Shown: in pieces, positions 12,505 through 27,000 of the stretch
Numbering within the stretch: the first letter of the stretch is position 1
Layout: each line of letters starts with the position of its first letter
Source: Chrysomallon squamiferum
Taxonomy: Eukaryota; Animalia; Mollusca
DNA length: 64,000 nt
Direction of reading: 5' to 3'
NCBI GenBank assembly: GCA_012295275.1
Contig: CM022673.1
Span: 20,274,001 to 20,338,000, forward strand
Notes under the pieces: generated by a model
Database searches by the model: none
What the model saw: only the letters and a program-made list of their open reading frames with translations
What the model was told of the DNA's origin: nothing
Program-made: the position numbers and the translations under genes

Positions 12505-13214
12505 TACCTGAATTTTGTGTTTGTTGTTTGTTTATTTTAGTTGTTTATTTACTAGAGTAATAGTTGCTAAACAAAGGTAGTACATGTATAAATATTTCTT
12601 CTTTACTTTTCTGACAGGAACATGCAGTACATTTATAAATAATTCTTCTTTACTTTTCTGACTGATACAATAAATTGAAAAATCTCTTTAATTATCATAC
12701 TTTTTAAAATAATTGTATGAGGGTTTATTTATTTATTTAAAAAAAACAAAAAAACAACAACACAAAAACACAAAAAATAATAATAATAAAATGAAAACAC
12801 AGTAAAAATAAATAAATAAATACAAAAGAAATAATTAATTCAAGCATAATTTCCAAAAAATATTTTTACTGTTCCCTTTTTATATATTCCACCAACATTA
12901 TTCGTTTACCAACACAAATTAAAAAAACACAAAAACCCACAGCAGTTGTCTATGATAACAAAAATGGCTGTTCCACCAACAGTATTTGTAAATGGCTACT
13001 GTAATCAAATAAAGAATAGTGATTTTTGATTCTTCAAAGTAATATTTTTTCTTACAAATTTGTTTTTTCATTAACCTTTTGAATTAATTTGTATCAGTAT
13101 AATAATTTAAAACAATGCTATATACCTCACTGGATATGTCATGATATTGGAATATTTGTCTTCAATCACGTGTGAACAGTAAATGTCAAAGCATGCATTT
13201 TCATATTTGCTGCC

Positions 13215-14663
13215 TTAAGCTTTTATTTCTAACCCTCCAGCATCATAGTCTTCAGCCAACTGGTAAACATACATTGCTGGCTCATTTTCACATGTGATGT
13301 TATACCAGTGTGAATATCCAGGTAGAGTAGATATCACCTGACCATTGCATGGCACCCAGATACCTTCATTCATTTGGAGTTCTTTCTTTTCTGTATCTCT
13401 TTGATTTACTTGTAACAATACTCTACGCTTTCTTCTACATCCTTCAGTCTCATATTGTACATTTGGCATGCATTTCTTCCTTATTTCTGTGACCTGACCA
13501 AGCAAATATCCCTTTTCTCAGGGGTATGAGAGTTTGGCCATTCTCCAGTTTGATTAAGTGAAAACATTATGTAACCTTCATTACACAATGTTGATGCAAC
13601 AGGTCTGAAATGTGTTAATGCATCCGAAAGTGCAAATACTCTCTCTGTGAACCTGTTATGTCTGGGCACTGTTAAGGTTTCCATGGTTAATGCTGTGTCA
13701 CTGTCAACATCTGCAAAACAACCACCTGGCAGGTGATCTCTTGCTGCTTTAATAAGCAATGTGTACCAGGAGTCATACTCTGGAAAAGGTGCATACTCTC
13801 CACACAGTAGGTCTGAGAAATCTCTTCTGGCAATTTCAAGAAATTTGTGTAGGTGCTGATATATTTCATTGGAATTGACTAGCAAACAATTTTCCTCAAG
13901 AAGTCTCTTTTCATCAATGTCATCTTCACATTCATATACAGTGTTCACTGTTTTGTCCAACTTCATTTTCAGAGCATTTTTCTCCTTTTCTGATGTAATG
14001 GCCTGTTTTTTCAAAATCTCTTTTTTTTAATGAATTTGCATTTTCTTGTAGATCTCCAATTTTTGTTAACTATTTCATGGCATTTTTGGATTTTAATTGT
14101 AATAGTCTGTATTTTGAACACAGTTATTATATTGCATTCTTTTAATTTGTAATGTGGACATTAATCGTTTGTTCTTTTGAATAACATATATTTTTTGTTT
14201 ATCCCCAATTTTTCATTTCTCTTTCTTAAAACTTCATTTGACATTTTAATATTTATTTTTTGCTTTTTAAGTTCCTGCACTGTTTTGGAAAGAGTTTCTA
14301 CCTCTGCATTTATGATATGTTTTTTTAATTATTGTATTTGAAGTTGTTGGCCTAATTTCTGCTGATGATAATGTGAATTCAAATGGTGTATTCAGCATAT
14401 CTTTCTTTTTCTGACCTCTAAGTCTTGTACATTTTTTTTCACTTCATATGTTTTTGTTCTTAAAATATTACTTGGACATTTCATAGCTAAAGCTAGTCTG
14501 TCACTGATGGATGTAAAACAAAGACTTTTGTCAAATTCTATCAACAGCAATGATGAACTGAAATACATTCACTTCACTACTGGTTATAGATATCTGTAAA
14601 TAATACATGAATGAATATAAGGTTTAAATGTTTGTAAACACTCACCGGGTTCGACGCAGCCAT
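13215..14663 (-). pseudogene. Decayed, probably internally deleted transposase-like gene with a C-terminal Spindlin (Spin/Ssty)-like Tudor domain
   Basis: First exon ATG 14663 (MAASNP|gtgagt), 52-bp intron, degenerate coiled-coil region, then PRHNRFTERVFALSDALTHFRPVASTLCNEGYIMFSLNQTGEW (resembles the N-x-x-S/T-E-R-x-F C-terminal motif of DDE transposases). Ends with WVPCNGQVISTLPGYSHWYNITCENEPAMYVYQLAEDYDAGGLEI (Spin/Ssty pattern). Frameshift near 13500. Confidence 0.65.
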
Positions 14664-16177
14664 CTTCGATTTCGATCGTAAGTTTCCGCGAGCGCTCGGA
14701 AACCGTCTCATCGGGGTTTTAAACTTCCAAATTCAATTATTTTTCGGAACTTTTTATGATTTACAGTGATAAAGGTAAGTATGGTTGTTCATATTACTAA
14801 ACCATGATGTCCTACGCCTTTCTAACTACTTTTTCAACTTAATCAAGCATTTCAAACTGGATTATTTTGGTGCAAATGCATGCATAATAAACTGAAAATA
14901 TAATTCGGAATAAGATTAATGTATCAACTTTTATAGTTGTCAATGTTCTTCCTGTGAGAACCGATGACGTGATTTGTGCCGTTACGAGTTATCGTTCCTG
15001 TTGGTCCATCTTATTAAGATGGTTGTTAGCACGTGATAACGATTTTTAAATTGTATTTGAGTTAAAACAAGAAAACACAAACATATTAAGAACATTAATA
15101 ATAAACTGAAATGACTCTCTCATGCATAAAATATAACTGCTTTAATTTTAGCAACTTCTTATTTGAATGATAATGCTATTACCACAATTCTGAATAATCT
15201 TTTCCAAATATCGAAAAAAGGTAAATACGAAAAGACCGGTAATCATCCCGCATTTTTCGCAAAAATAACAACGCAAGTATAATACTTTAAACAAACATAA
15301 AAAAAAAAAAAACAACAACAACAACAACAGGAAACAAAATTACCTTTTTTAGAACATACATACCAATTAGAAAAAGTAGCTGTTGTATCGAACATTTCTT
15401 TTCATCTTATTATAATATAAGCCAATCATTGACCGTAAATGTGAAATAACAAGTGTTTTTGTTTTCTATTCTTCTTTCCTCCCTAACTCTTTTATTTATT
15501 TATTATTATTATTTTCATTATAGTTATTATTTATTTATTTATTTTCTTTATTTTGGTATTTCTTTGTTATTTTTTAATGCGCTTTTCTGATATCTTCATG
15601 TAATCATAAAATTATTTTTATTCCATTTATTTTATTTATTCATTCTTTTGTTTTATTTATTATAAGTTCATTTATTTATTTATTTATTTATTGAAATCCT
15701 ATTATTTATTTGTTGTTGTTATTATTTATTAATTTTGATAGACGCTTATGTCCGACATGTATTATTAAAATGTAGACAGAATACTAATAATATAAACTGA
15801 AATTTAATACTACCCATTTCTTGTTCTATACTTCATTAAAGGGGTTTACTAAACGGGGGATGACGCCGAAGGTTTTCTTTAATTATTTCTACTTTATCGA
15901 TATACTAGATTTAGTCTGTGTAAAATAAAGACATTAAATTGTATTCCAAATGCTAACAAAAAGTAATGCAAAACTGTTTACCTAAATGTAAGCTGGGAGA
16001 ACAATCAAAATATTAACACTTCAAACATAAACGTACATTTCTCAAGATAGTTGCCTGGTATTCATTTAAGAACCACCAATTAAAAGAAAAACTTATTGTA
16101 ATGTCATCAAGAGGCTGGGAAAACGTAATTGCAGTTATATATAATAGTTGAAACAGTTTCTGGGAATATGTATTTAA

Positions 16178-16219
<42 letters not shown>

Positions 16220-16574
16220 TAATAAATAAATAAATAAAAATAGCAATTATGAATCAAACGAAACCAAAATAGCTTTTTAATTGTGATTATTTAAACATGA
16301 AATATTTTCAAGTTGGAAAAATCTGTGGATAGCGATTTCTGAATGTATACAATTTGTGATTTTAAAACAAGCAAAATGAGATTAATAAAGTAATAATCTT
16401 TTTAATTCTTCACTTTACTAGTCATATATATTTCATTTATTTGCTCGAACTTGATGTAATATGATCCCTTTCTTTCGTTTTTCTGGTCAGAATAAGCTCA
16501 TAAATTTCCTAAAAATAACAACAGCTTCGTCAAAATTAACGAACTGTCCCGAAGTATACGTTGCGAAGCATGTG

Positions 16575-17348
16575 ATGAAGTCATCAAATTTGGCTACTCG
16601 CATAGCAACAGTGATATTGCTGCGAATTGGCGATCGAAATTGTTATCTTAAAAAAGGTATGTTTATCTTTATTTTACTTTCTTTTTTCTTTTTTACTATG
16701 AATGTAACAAAAAAACTTTACTTTGAAAGTGAGAATTAATTTAATACTTTTGGTTTAAATCTGTTTGATGAAGTATGAGCCTTACATCTCTTAAATAATT
16801 ACCTATTTCTGTTTTGTTCTGTTTACGTGTGAATTTTCGTCAGCATTAATATAAATAAACTACTCCAGAAATCATTTATCCTTATCATATATGACGAGAA
16901 TTCTGAATTATGCAGTTTCAGAGTTATAAAGTATTTTCTTAAATTATTGCTGAAATTTTAAACATTTTAAAGATTTGTGAATGACTGAAAACGAAATACA
17001 GAAAAACTAAATACAAAACTCAGATATCGCTAATACAGGATGTTATTTACGAGTTATAAATTGTGTAAACATACCTTTTATTAAGCTTTGCAGTTTTAAC
17101 TTTCATTAAAATAAAGACAACAAATCTTAAAAAAGGGATACAAAATCTGTTAAAACTCATGAACAGACTATCTCTGTGAATAAAAGGATGTTCAATTAAA
17201 TGAAAAACAAATATGATTTAAAAAATAATTAAACAAAACATACAGACTGAAAACAAATTTCTTTAGAATTGTGTTGTTATTATTATTATGATTGTTGTTG
17301 TTGCCATTATTACTATTATTATCGTGTTGTTATTTTTCTCTCATTCAT

Positions 17349-17392
<44 letters not shown>

Positions 17393-19463
17393 TTTTTTTT
17401 TTAGGCAAGAAGAAGCAACTAAATGGTTGCATTACATGTAAAAATCTGACAAATGTTTTACTAATTGGTTTAGTAGAGATCTTCAGTGAAACATAGATTT
17501 TTATAAATGAAGAACAAACTTTCTGAAAAGTTGTGAGAGTGAAACACATTAAATATGATGCTCATCTGTGATCCATATTTAGCCAGTTCATAAAACTAAT
17601 TATATAATAAATATTGTTATCTGCACAGGAAAAAATAAAACTGTAATTTTATCTACAGAAATGAGTTTATATTTTACAAGGGCAGGATGATACATATTTA
17701 CACTAAGTGTTCTGGATAAACAAGCCGTTCCTTTCACTACAGTGTCTTTACTTCAATTTGCTTATTACAGAAGCCAAGACAGCTAAACCTGGTACTGAAC
17801 AGCTAGAAGATGATATCAAAGACAAAGAACAGAGTAAACATCTTCTTACTCTCAATCTGGACTTGGATTTTAAGTTTAAAAGTCCTCTTCCCAAGGCTCA
17901 TGGGGATTCTGGTGATGGACACAGTCAAAACACAGTCAGCTTAATGGCCATTCTGAACCCTCTCAGATATTTCAGTGTTGCCATTAGCCCTGACACTGGC
18001 AATCCCAAGGGTATTCATAGTCCTGTATCAACTGACAGATTTAACACAACTAATGAATCTAACTCAACTGTTATCCAGATTTTTCTAGCTGGTGGGTCAG
18101 TAACACCTACAGGACAAAAGGACAAAACCTTTCACCAAGAGAAAGTGGAGAATATCAAGACACACCCTCTTGATCAGTTCAAATCTACAGTTTCAACATA
18201 ATCTGGATAATAGTCGTAAAGATCTGAATAACAATGAGAAGGACCTGGATGATAGACAGAATGAACATGGTCATAGTCTGAAGAAACAGAACAATAGGAA
18301 GAAGGAAAAGGATAATCTATAGAATGAACAGGACTATACTAAGAAGGAACAGGATATTAATAAGAAGGAATTGGATGATAATGAGAAGGAATATGATGAA
18401 ACAGAGAATGAACAGAATGATAATAAGAAGGAATTGGATGAAACAGAGAATGAACAGGATGATAGACAGAATGAACAGGATGATAATAATAAGGAATTGG
18501 ATGAAACAGAGAATGAACAGGATGATAGACAGAATGAACAGGATGATAATAATAAGGAACTGGTTGAAACAGAGAATGAACAGGATGATAATAAGAAGGA
18601 ATTGGATGAAACAGAGAATGAACAGGATGATAATAAGAAGGAATTGGATGAAACAGAGAAAGAACAGGATGATAATAAGAAGGAATTGGATGAAACAGAA
18701 TATGAACAGAATGATAATAAGAAGGAATTGGATGAAACAGAAAATGAACAGAATGATAATAAGAAGGAATTGGATGAAACAGAAAATGAACAGGATGTTA
18801 ATAAGAAGGAATTGGATGAAACAGAAAATGAACAGGATGATAATAAGAAGGAACTGGATGAAACAGAAAATGAACGGGATGATAGTGAGGAGAAAGCTGT
18901 ATGAAATGGAGGAGGAACTGGAGGAGATAGTGACAAAGATTATAAGTAGACGAGAATCGTCAAAACATTCGTGAAATACACAGTTGTCTTATCAATAAAG
19001 AAAGTGTCTGGTGAAAAAATTACTGCAAAGGAGATGATGAACAAATTAAAAGGTGTGTAATCTTTTCATGTCATACAATTTCTACATATTTTTATACTGA
19101 ATGAGTTTGTGCTAGTATTTGTTATGTGTGTCATGATATATAATAATTATTATTAATAATTGAAATAATGAAAGTTCATTATATTTATATTATTATTATT
19201 GTTGTTGATGTTATAGTTATTATTATTATTGTTATTATTGTTATTGTTGTTATTGTTGTTATTATTATTAATATATCAGAGGTATAAAGAAAAAGCTTGA
19301 AGATCATTTTTTCTTTAGTCTTGATGATGAAGTCAGTCTGACAGTTAATACCGACTCATTGATTGTTCCCAACCATTTGAAAAACACAGAAATCATATCG
19401 AAAGTTCATTTATATTTATATTATTATTGTTGTTGTTGATGTTATAGTTATTATTATTGTTGA

Positions 19464-19548
<85 letters not shown>

Positions 19549-19970
19549 CATCATTATTAAAGTATAAAGAAAAAGCTTGAAGACTGTTTCTTGCTTAGAC
19601 CTGATGATGAAGCTGGGCTGAACACTTATACCCACCTCGTTGATGTGGCTCTACTGTATGGAAATGATGAACATGTTGGACCTGACCTCAGCCAGTCAGT
19701 TGGTGCAGCTAAACCAAATGTAAAGATAATTCCTCTCTCAGCTGATGGAACTGAAAAGAATGTTGCTACACAGAAAGATGAACCAGCTATTCATGTTTTC
19801 ATCAGCACAACAGAGAAAGTTCTCAGTCAGATGAGGAATCTGATGCTGAATGGCAAATGAAAACATTGGAAATAATTAAAGATTGTGATGAATTCAGTGA
19901 CAATGAAGAAATAAAAAATCTTGGATCATGTATCAGCAAAACAGTAGCCAGGAACAAAAAGTTTGTCTGA
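16575..19970 (+). pseudogene. Copy B of the acidic-repeat protein gene (3 exons, frameshifted as assembled)
   Basis: Exon 1 16575-16656 (MKSSNLATRIATVILLRIGDRNCYLKK, donor gtatgt, phase 1) joins in frame to the acceptor at 17770/17771 (E-AKTAKPGTEQLEDD...). Exon 2 runs to 19052 (donor gtgtgt) and contains ~13 repeat units. Exon 3 ~19563-19970. Several frameshifts. Confidence 0.7.
18360..18885 (+). repeat. Short copy of the 42-bp EQDDNKKELDETEN array
   Basis: ORF 18371-18904 shows about 12-13 units, in frame. Confidence 0.95.
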
Positions 19971-20057
19971 TACCTGAATTTTGTGTTTGTTGTTTGTTTA
20001 TTTTAGTTGTTTATTTACTAGAGTAATAGTTGTAAACAAATAGTTGCTGTATAAAAA

Positions 20058-20690
20058 GGGAACATGCAGTACATTTATAAATATTTCTTCTTTACTTTTC
20101 TGACAGAGGAACATGCAGTACATTTATAAATATTTCTACTTTACTTTTCTGACAGGAACATGCAGTACATTTATAAATATTTCTACTTTACTTTTCTGAC
20201 AGGAACATGCAGTACATTTATAAATATTTCTACTTTACTTTTCTGACAGGAACATGCACATGTATAAATACATTTAGGAACAAGTACATTTATAAATATT
20301 TCTTCTTTACTTTTCTGACAGGAACATGCAGTACATTTATAAATATTTCTTCTTTACTTTTCTGACAGAGGAACATGCAGTACATGTATAAATATTTCTT
20401 TCTTTTCTTTACATGTATAAATATTTCTTTACTTTTCTGACAGAGGAACATGCAGTACATGTACATGTATAAATACATTTATAAATTTCTTCTTTACTTT
20501 TCTGACAGAAACATGCAGTACATTTATAAATATTTCTTCTTTACTTTTTGACTGAACATGAAACATAAATATTTCTTCAGTGACAGAGGAACATGTACAT
20601 GTATAAATATTTCTTCTTTACTTTTCTGACAGAAACATGCAGTACATGTATAAATATTTCTTCTTTACTTTTCTGACAGAAACACGCAGT
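20058..20690. repeat. ~47-50 bp minisatellite (aggaacatgcagtacatttataaatatttcttctttacttttctgac)n
   Basis: About 12 units here; only ~2 units at the paralogous position 12578-12665. Confidence 0.9.
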
Positions 20691-21888
20691 GCGTTGTTTT
20701 CTCTTGATGAACACAAATCTTACTCTAGCCAGTAACTAAAACACTGTTATATACTATTCTACCTGTGGGAAGGTACATATTAACATCCCTTATTGCTAAT
20801 GATAGAGAATAAGCCTCCACAGCTAATTCTAGTATCTGACACAAAATAATAATAATAATAATAATTTTACAAAATGATCACTTAATAAATAACAGTTCTT
20901 TAAAAATTAATTTACCTTTCTTCTGAAAAGTTTTATCTAATCAGGCATAAAAAAAAGTGTCATTAAGGAGAAACAAAAAAGTTATAAATCAAGCTTTGTT
21001 AGTAACAGTCACTGTAAACATGTTTATGAAAACTTGAAGATAAATTTTTCATCTCATGATTTGCCATTGCTATTTATTTTAGTGTTTTTCTATTTTGATC
21101 AAAGTCTAAGCAGAGCTATATTAAACAACAGTGTATTCATTCCTAAAGCAGTCAGATATTCACATAGATACACGGAGAACTCACACACATCATACAGCTT
21201 TTCCAGATACACATAAAAGGAACAACACATAAATACAGATCAATACACACTAAAATTACACAGAGAATCCTCTTTATCCAGAGAAGTGTGCACATACGTG
21301 CATGGTTATTAAATTTTAAACTATTCCTTACTATTCAAGAGAATAACTGGTTAGAATTAGTCACTCTCATTCTAATATTAAAAATAAATTCACTAAAGTT
21401 GAATGATAAAAACAGTATCAAATTTCTCTTCTAATGATTTAATTACATTTACTTCTAAACTGACACCATATAAAGGCACTAAAGTATAAAAATCATGGAA
21501 ATACATTAACTCAGTGTTTTATGACTTTTATCATAACCATTTTAATGGTTTTAAATTTACAGGTTGGTCAGACAGAAATGAAATATTTTAGAAAATGTAA
21601 CTGTTCCGTTAAAGAGAATTACAGTTTTATCATTAATAAAGTATCTCAATATTTTTATAATAATTATTATTACTTTACAATTATTTAATTAATTTTTTTC
21701 TGTATATAAATTGTAAGTATTTTAAATTATATAATTTGTTAATATAAAAATATTTAAATGGCGCTACACATTTATCTTAATTTATATTATATGTTTATTA
21801 TGTCCAGCAATCTGTGAAAAATCTCATGTTATAACAGTTATATCCTATTTAGAAACAATTATATCCCATTTTCGTTTTGTTTTTTTAT

Positions 21889-21947
21889 TCCAGATTTGAA
21901 CTCACAACCCTGAGATCCTCTGACAAATGCTCTACCTCAGACTGCTC
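21889..21947 (-). mobile_element. tRNA-derived SINE head remnant
   Basis: The minus strand reads agcagtctgaggtagagcatttgtcagaggatctcagggttgtgagttcaaatctgg, with pol III A-box-like and B-box-like (gagttcaaatc) motifs but no full cloverleaf. Confidence 0.5.
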
Positions 21948-22307
21948 TTGTTATTATTATATTTAGATAAAAATTAAATCAGTTTATTACAGATTTACTT
22001 AAAATAAATACACTGCCAAGATAATTTAATTATATTTATATGTACAGTAAATTTTTTTTTAATTATTATTATATTCTCTGTTTTACTTGACATCTTTGTT
22101 AGTTATCTTGTTTACATATGTTGTGTGTAACTATGACAGTCTTTTTGAGAAGGTAGTGAAAAGAAATCAGACGATTGTTGCTATTAGTGAAAATTTGGTT
22201 AAGTATTTACAAGTGACCTTAATGTAGCTGAATTAATGTTCCCATATAACAAGTATATATGTCAAGACACGATGGTATTTAAACTTATTCAGAAGAGACA
22301 GAGATAT

Positions 22308-22720
<413 letters not shown>

Positions 22721-23084
22721 CTAATTACAGCCAGTCATTCTTTTTTTATTATTATTATTATTATTATTTCCATGAACAAATTATTGCCAGTCAATCAGGT
22801 TTAATAATTCAGTCATGACACATTTGCTTCATATTGCTGACAACCCAGATCACATTTTTTACTGTCACAGCTGTTTAGAACTGGAAATACTGTTGTAAGT
22901 TTTTGTTAAACATCATCAAATTATATGTGGGCAATGTGCAGTAAATATGTGTTAGTGATGTCATAGACTGTAAAAAAAACTTTGTTGAGTCTGTGTGGAT
23001 TTTTTTGTTTTTCATTTTTTTAAGTGTGTGTGTGTGTGTGTGTGTATTTGTATGCCTATGCATCTTGGTAGTATTACAAATGTA

Positions 23085-23400
23085 GAGAAATGAGTATTTA
23101 ACCATATGTGTGCTCTTGGTGAGATATATGAACCTAACACACTGGTTTTGTATACAAAAGAGGTAAAATAGCTACAACACCTGATACTGGTAATAACACA
23201 AACACTGTGAACTGTACATTGACCTTTCATACCTTGGTCATTGACCACTAGATGGAATGTGATATAACAATGGAAATACTGATGTGTATATCTGAATATA
23301 CAAACACTTGTCTCACATCTGTTATACCCCAGTTGTTACACAATCAGTGTATGGACTGATTAAGCAAACTCCTGAAATATTAGTATAATAACCACTGGTT
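23085..23400 (+). pseudogene. Possible decayed Cys-containing extracellular-domain exon
   Basis: With one frameshift it reads CALGEIYEPNT/GFVYKRGKIATTPDTGNNTNTVNCTLTFHTLVIDH*MECDITMEILMC...; codon-like composition, stops present. Confidence 0.25.
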
Positions 23401-24895
23401 ATCAATTATAAATACCACAGTAATAAAAATATTAAGAGAACTTAATAATTCAGGACAATATCTTTTAGTATATGCAAGTAAAAATCTAAATTTGTGTATA
23501 TTTTGTACCAGTTTATTATATACTCTGTACTTGTGTATTTAATCGTGGTATTAATATTAATTACCATACATATATTTATATGTTTTAACTATTTTGATAT
23601 TTTAGTGTTTGCTGAGCGGCTTTCTAAAAGATTTTGTTATGATAAAGTGTCACAGCAAGTTTTCATGTATGCTTGTTAAGCACACAAAATGCTTTTGTTT
23701 TCACTTTCAGTAAATCATATTAACAAAATACTTTATTTGGTTGGTTGTGTAGATCACATGATAGTGGGATTATCTTTGAAGGCTTTTGTGTTGGGATTAA
23801 TAAATGGGAAATTAATTAACTTTCTAGTATGAACAGTTAAACCTCTATCCGTTGCGTTATTTAAATTTAAGTAAGTGTTTTAGTGAAAATGATGTCTGTT
23901 TCATTATCAACAGTTTAGCTTAGTGAAGTCAACACATAAATACATAAAAGATATACCTTCATTTCTGAACCATAAAAAGGGTTACGACAAATAGAATATA
24001 TTCATTTCTTCAATAGACAATTCATAAATTTTCCTCTTTGGATTTTTATACATCAAGAGTAACTTGTATAACAGCTGGGAAGATCAATGCATTCTGGGTA
24101 AAAGACATAATTACCAGTTCACTCAGCCGTGACCTGTGTGTGACAAATGGGATGAGGAATGGATGGATGGATACCATACAAAACACTGAGCTCTAATACA
24201 TGAACCGTGGAGCACTGGTTATAATGGAAGAAAAGCAGCGATATGTAGCTATGAAAAAAAGAATAAAAAAAGAGGTAAGGCGGCAAACACCCCTGCTAAA
24301 AATTAGGTTACTTTTTTCCTTGTTAGTCAGCAGGAAAAGAGTCTCATAGCTAAAGTTGTAAATATAACCAAATTTAAATATGAAATAGCAAAGACAATCT
24401 TTTAATAACAATGTTTTATCTAAATTTTTATGCTGAATAACAACAAAGTCTTTTTGTTCTTTTTTATTGCCTTTTTATAATACTTTCCTTCGAATGAAAA
24501 GAGAATTAAAATAAATATTTCAAATTTACTTATTTCAGTCACGTATAACAATCTTTCGAAAGTAATTAAGAAAGTAACGAAACAAACAAATGTTTAATAT
24601 TCCTTTTGTATTAGTACCCGATAAACTGAAGTTGATTCTACTGATTGTAGGACATAAGCCACAACAAGATAACCCCCTCCCAGTCCAAAAATACATAGGC
24701 AGACAGAAGCCCTCCAGTGCATTTGCAAGGTATGAAAAAGCCCCCCCCCCAACCAACAAATCTTTAGTAAGATAAAAGCGCTCCCCATAGAAAAAAACAC
24801 CTTTTCAAACAAGTACCTTTTTTTCTTTGTTTGCCCATTTATTTATAAGCCTATCTGTGTACATTTAACCTGGTCTCTTTGTACAGTACAATTTT

Positions 24896-24945
<50 letters not shown>

Positions 24946-25544
24946 ATACACAATAAACTGTTATGCTTGCATTGTGTCATCGTTTAAAAAACCGTACCAA
25001 AAGTTTAATAACATTATCCGGTGTGTGAGAGTAGATCCTGAACATTAGGAAGACCAGGCCTGGTTCTCTACTTTTACATTCTCAGCCGTAGGTTTAGATT
25101 TAACAATAAAAATATATGTACAACAGAGTGAAAAGGACATATAGTTTAACAGCACAAACAAAAACTAGACAGAGAAAGAAAGTGGCTAAACAAACGTCAG
25201 GTAGGCCCTTGAGATAAACAATTAGCTGCTATAATCTGTATTGTAGTTCAAAGGCGTCTGTGCATATGCATGTCTGTGCATGTGCATGTCCTATATTCTA
25301 CGCATTATATGCCAACTCGATGACTTGCTCCAAAATTAAATTGGTAAAGACTGAATTCAAATGTATTGCCAAAACGTTTTTAAAAGTATATTAAACATTA
25401 TTAATAAAACGATTGGTTTCCGGACAGTTTAAATCAGCTGAAAGACTTAGTCCACCTGCAAGCCATAAAGGAGAGGGTACAATCTTCCTTTCAAGCAAGT
25501 TTTTTTCTCACTGCAATCGTGTAATCAATTATTATTATTATAAT

Positions 25545-25617
<73 letters not shown>

Positions 25618-26199
25618 TTACTTTAATTCGTGGAGCATTTATGCTCGCTTGTATTTCTGCTGGTGGATTTAGTCCGCTTGTGCATTTTTAGATTGGGAGG
25701 GCAAATGTACATATTCAGTTTCTATTTAGTTCTTTCTTTCTTTATTCACTTCTTTTTTATTTATTTATTTATTTATTTAATTAGTTAATATTTTATTTAT
25801 TTTACTTTTATTCTTCAGTTAATTTTTGTGGCAGTAAATTTAAAATATTTATTTTATATCAGTTTTAATTTCAGAGTACTATTATAATTGTATTCAACAT
25901 TGTTGATAATCGATCCAGTATTTTTCTGACTTTAACTTGAAATCATCTTTCAGAAACATGACACCCAGAACACTGACCGACATTCTCACCAGGTTACAGT
26001 GATACTGTATTCAGCTAAACCGGTCATCTAGAACGAACTGCTCTTAGAAAGCACACAAATAAAATTAAACTTGAGAGATGTTAGTTATGTGACTTTTATT
26101 CAGATTATAGGTAAATAATTGTACCAGAATATCAAAATAATAATAGTAAGAAGAAGAAGAAGAAGAAAGAAAGAAAGAAAGAAAAAATGTGTGCCTGGA

Positions 26200-26323
26200 C
26201 TACTCTGAAAGCTAAACAGAGTAGTCTTCTTTGCTGGATGTTTCACTGAGCGAGCAGCTGGTGAAGAATTTGGGTCACTTCGTTTGTTGACTATTTTCGA
26301 GTTCTTTTCTACTGCAGGTAAGT
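26200..26323 (+). promoter_or_regulatory. Putative non-coding first exon, module copy 1 (donor cag|gtaagt at 26317/26318)
   Basis: CpG-enriched block ttcactgagcgagcagctggtgaagaattt...ttcgagttcttttctactgcag|gtaagt, homologous to 32770-32861 and 39480-39544. Confidence 0.5.
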
Positions 26324-26734
26324 AAAACTTATACTATATTGTTTTGTCTTTTGTAGTGGCTGTTGATTCCTTATTTATTTCACAGTATAAAATTAATTAT
26401 TTTATTTTAAGTTATTTTATTTTATAGCACTTTTTTTTACCGGAGAGAAGTCGGTTTGCGCGCGCACACACGCACGCACACACACAATAATGCATTGTAC
26501 GAGTTTTGTGACATCCTCTGACATCCACTACTGACAGAGTGTTACAAACCAGCGTGTCTGGTAACTCTACTGATGGACTTTTCCATATAAATAAAGTTTG
26601 GAAATGTATCACGAACCAGAGGCTTATTTATTATCTTAATTTTTTCATGGAGGTAATTAATTATTGTTATGTTTTCCTGTGTGTTCATTATTCGTGCAAT
26701 CTTTTTGTTCTTTCAGCTGTTTCAACATGTATTC

Positions 26735-27000
26735 TCTAGGATTGGGTTAGAATATCAAACGTAATGTTTCCTATGTTTCAGAGTACATTGTTTGAGTTTG
26801 GGATGGAATATCATAAATGTAATGCTTGCTATGTTTCAGTGTATATTCTCTTTATTTTGGTAGAAGTATAAAAGTAATATTTAGTATGTTTCGGTGCATG
26901 TTGTTTAGAGTTGGGGTAGAGTATCATAAATATAATGTAAGGTATGTTTCAGTGTAGATTTTTAAGGATGCGGTGAAGTATCATAACTATTTGGTATGTT
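26735..27000. repeat. ~58-bp degenerate minisatellite (about 5 units)
   Basis: Recurring gtatcataaatgtaatg....tatgtttcagtg...ttgg..taga. Confidence 0.75.

Noticed and set aside
15836-15882. ttaa-aggg...ttaa as a terminus of the Spindlin-domain element
   Set aside because: Wrong orientation and no matching partner end found.
21889-21947. Functional tRNA gene
   Set aside because: Too short and lacks an acceptor stem; treated as a SINE head. A similar weak trace at ~25017-25090 was not called.
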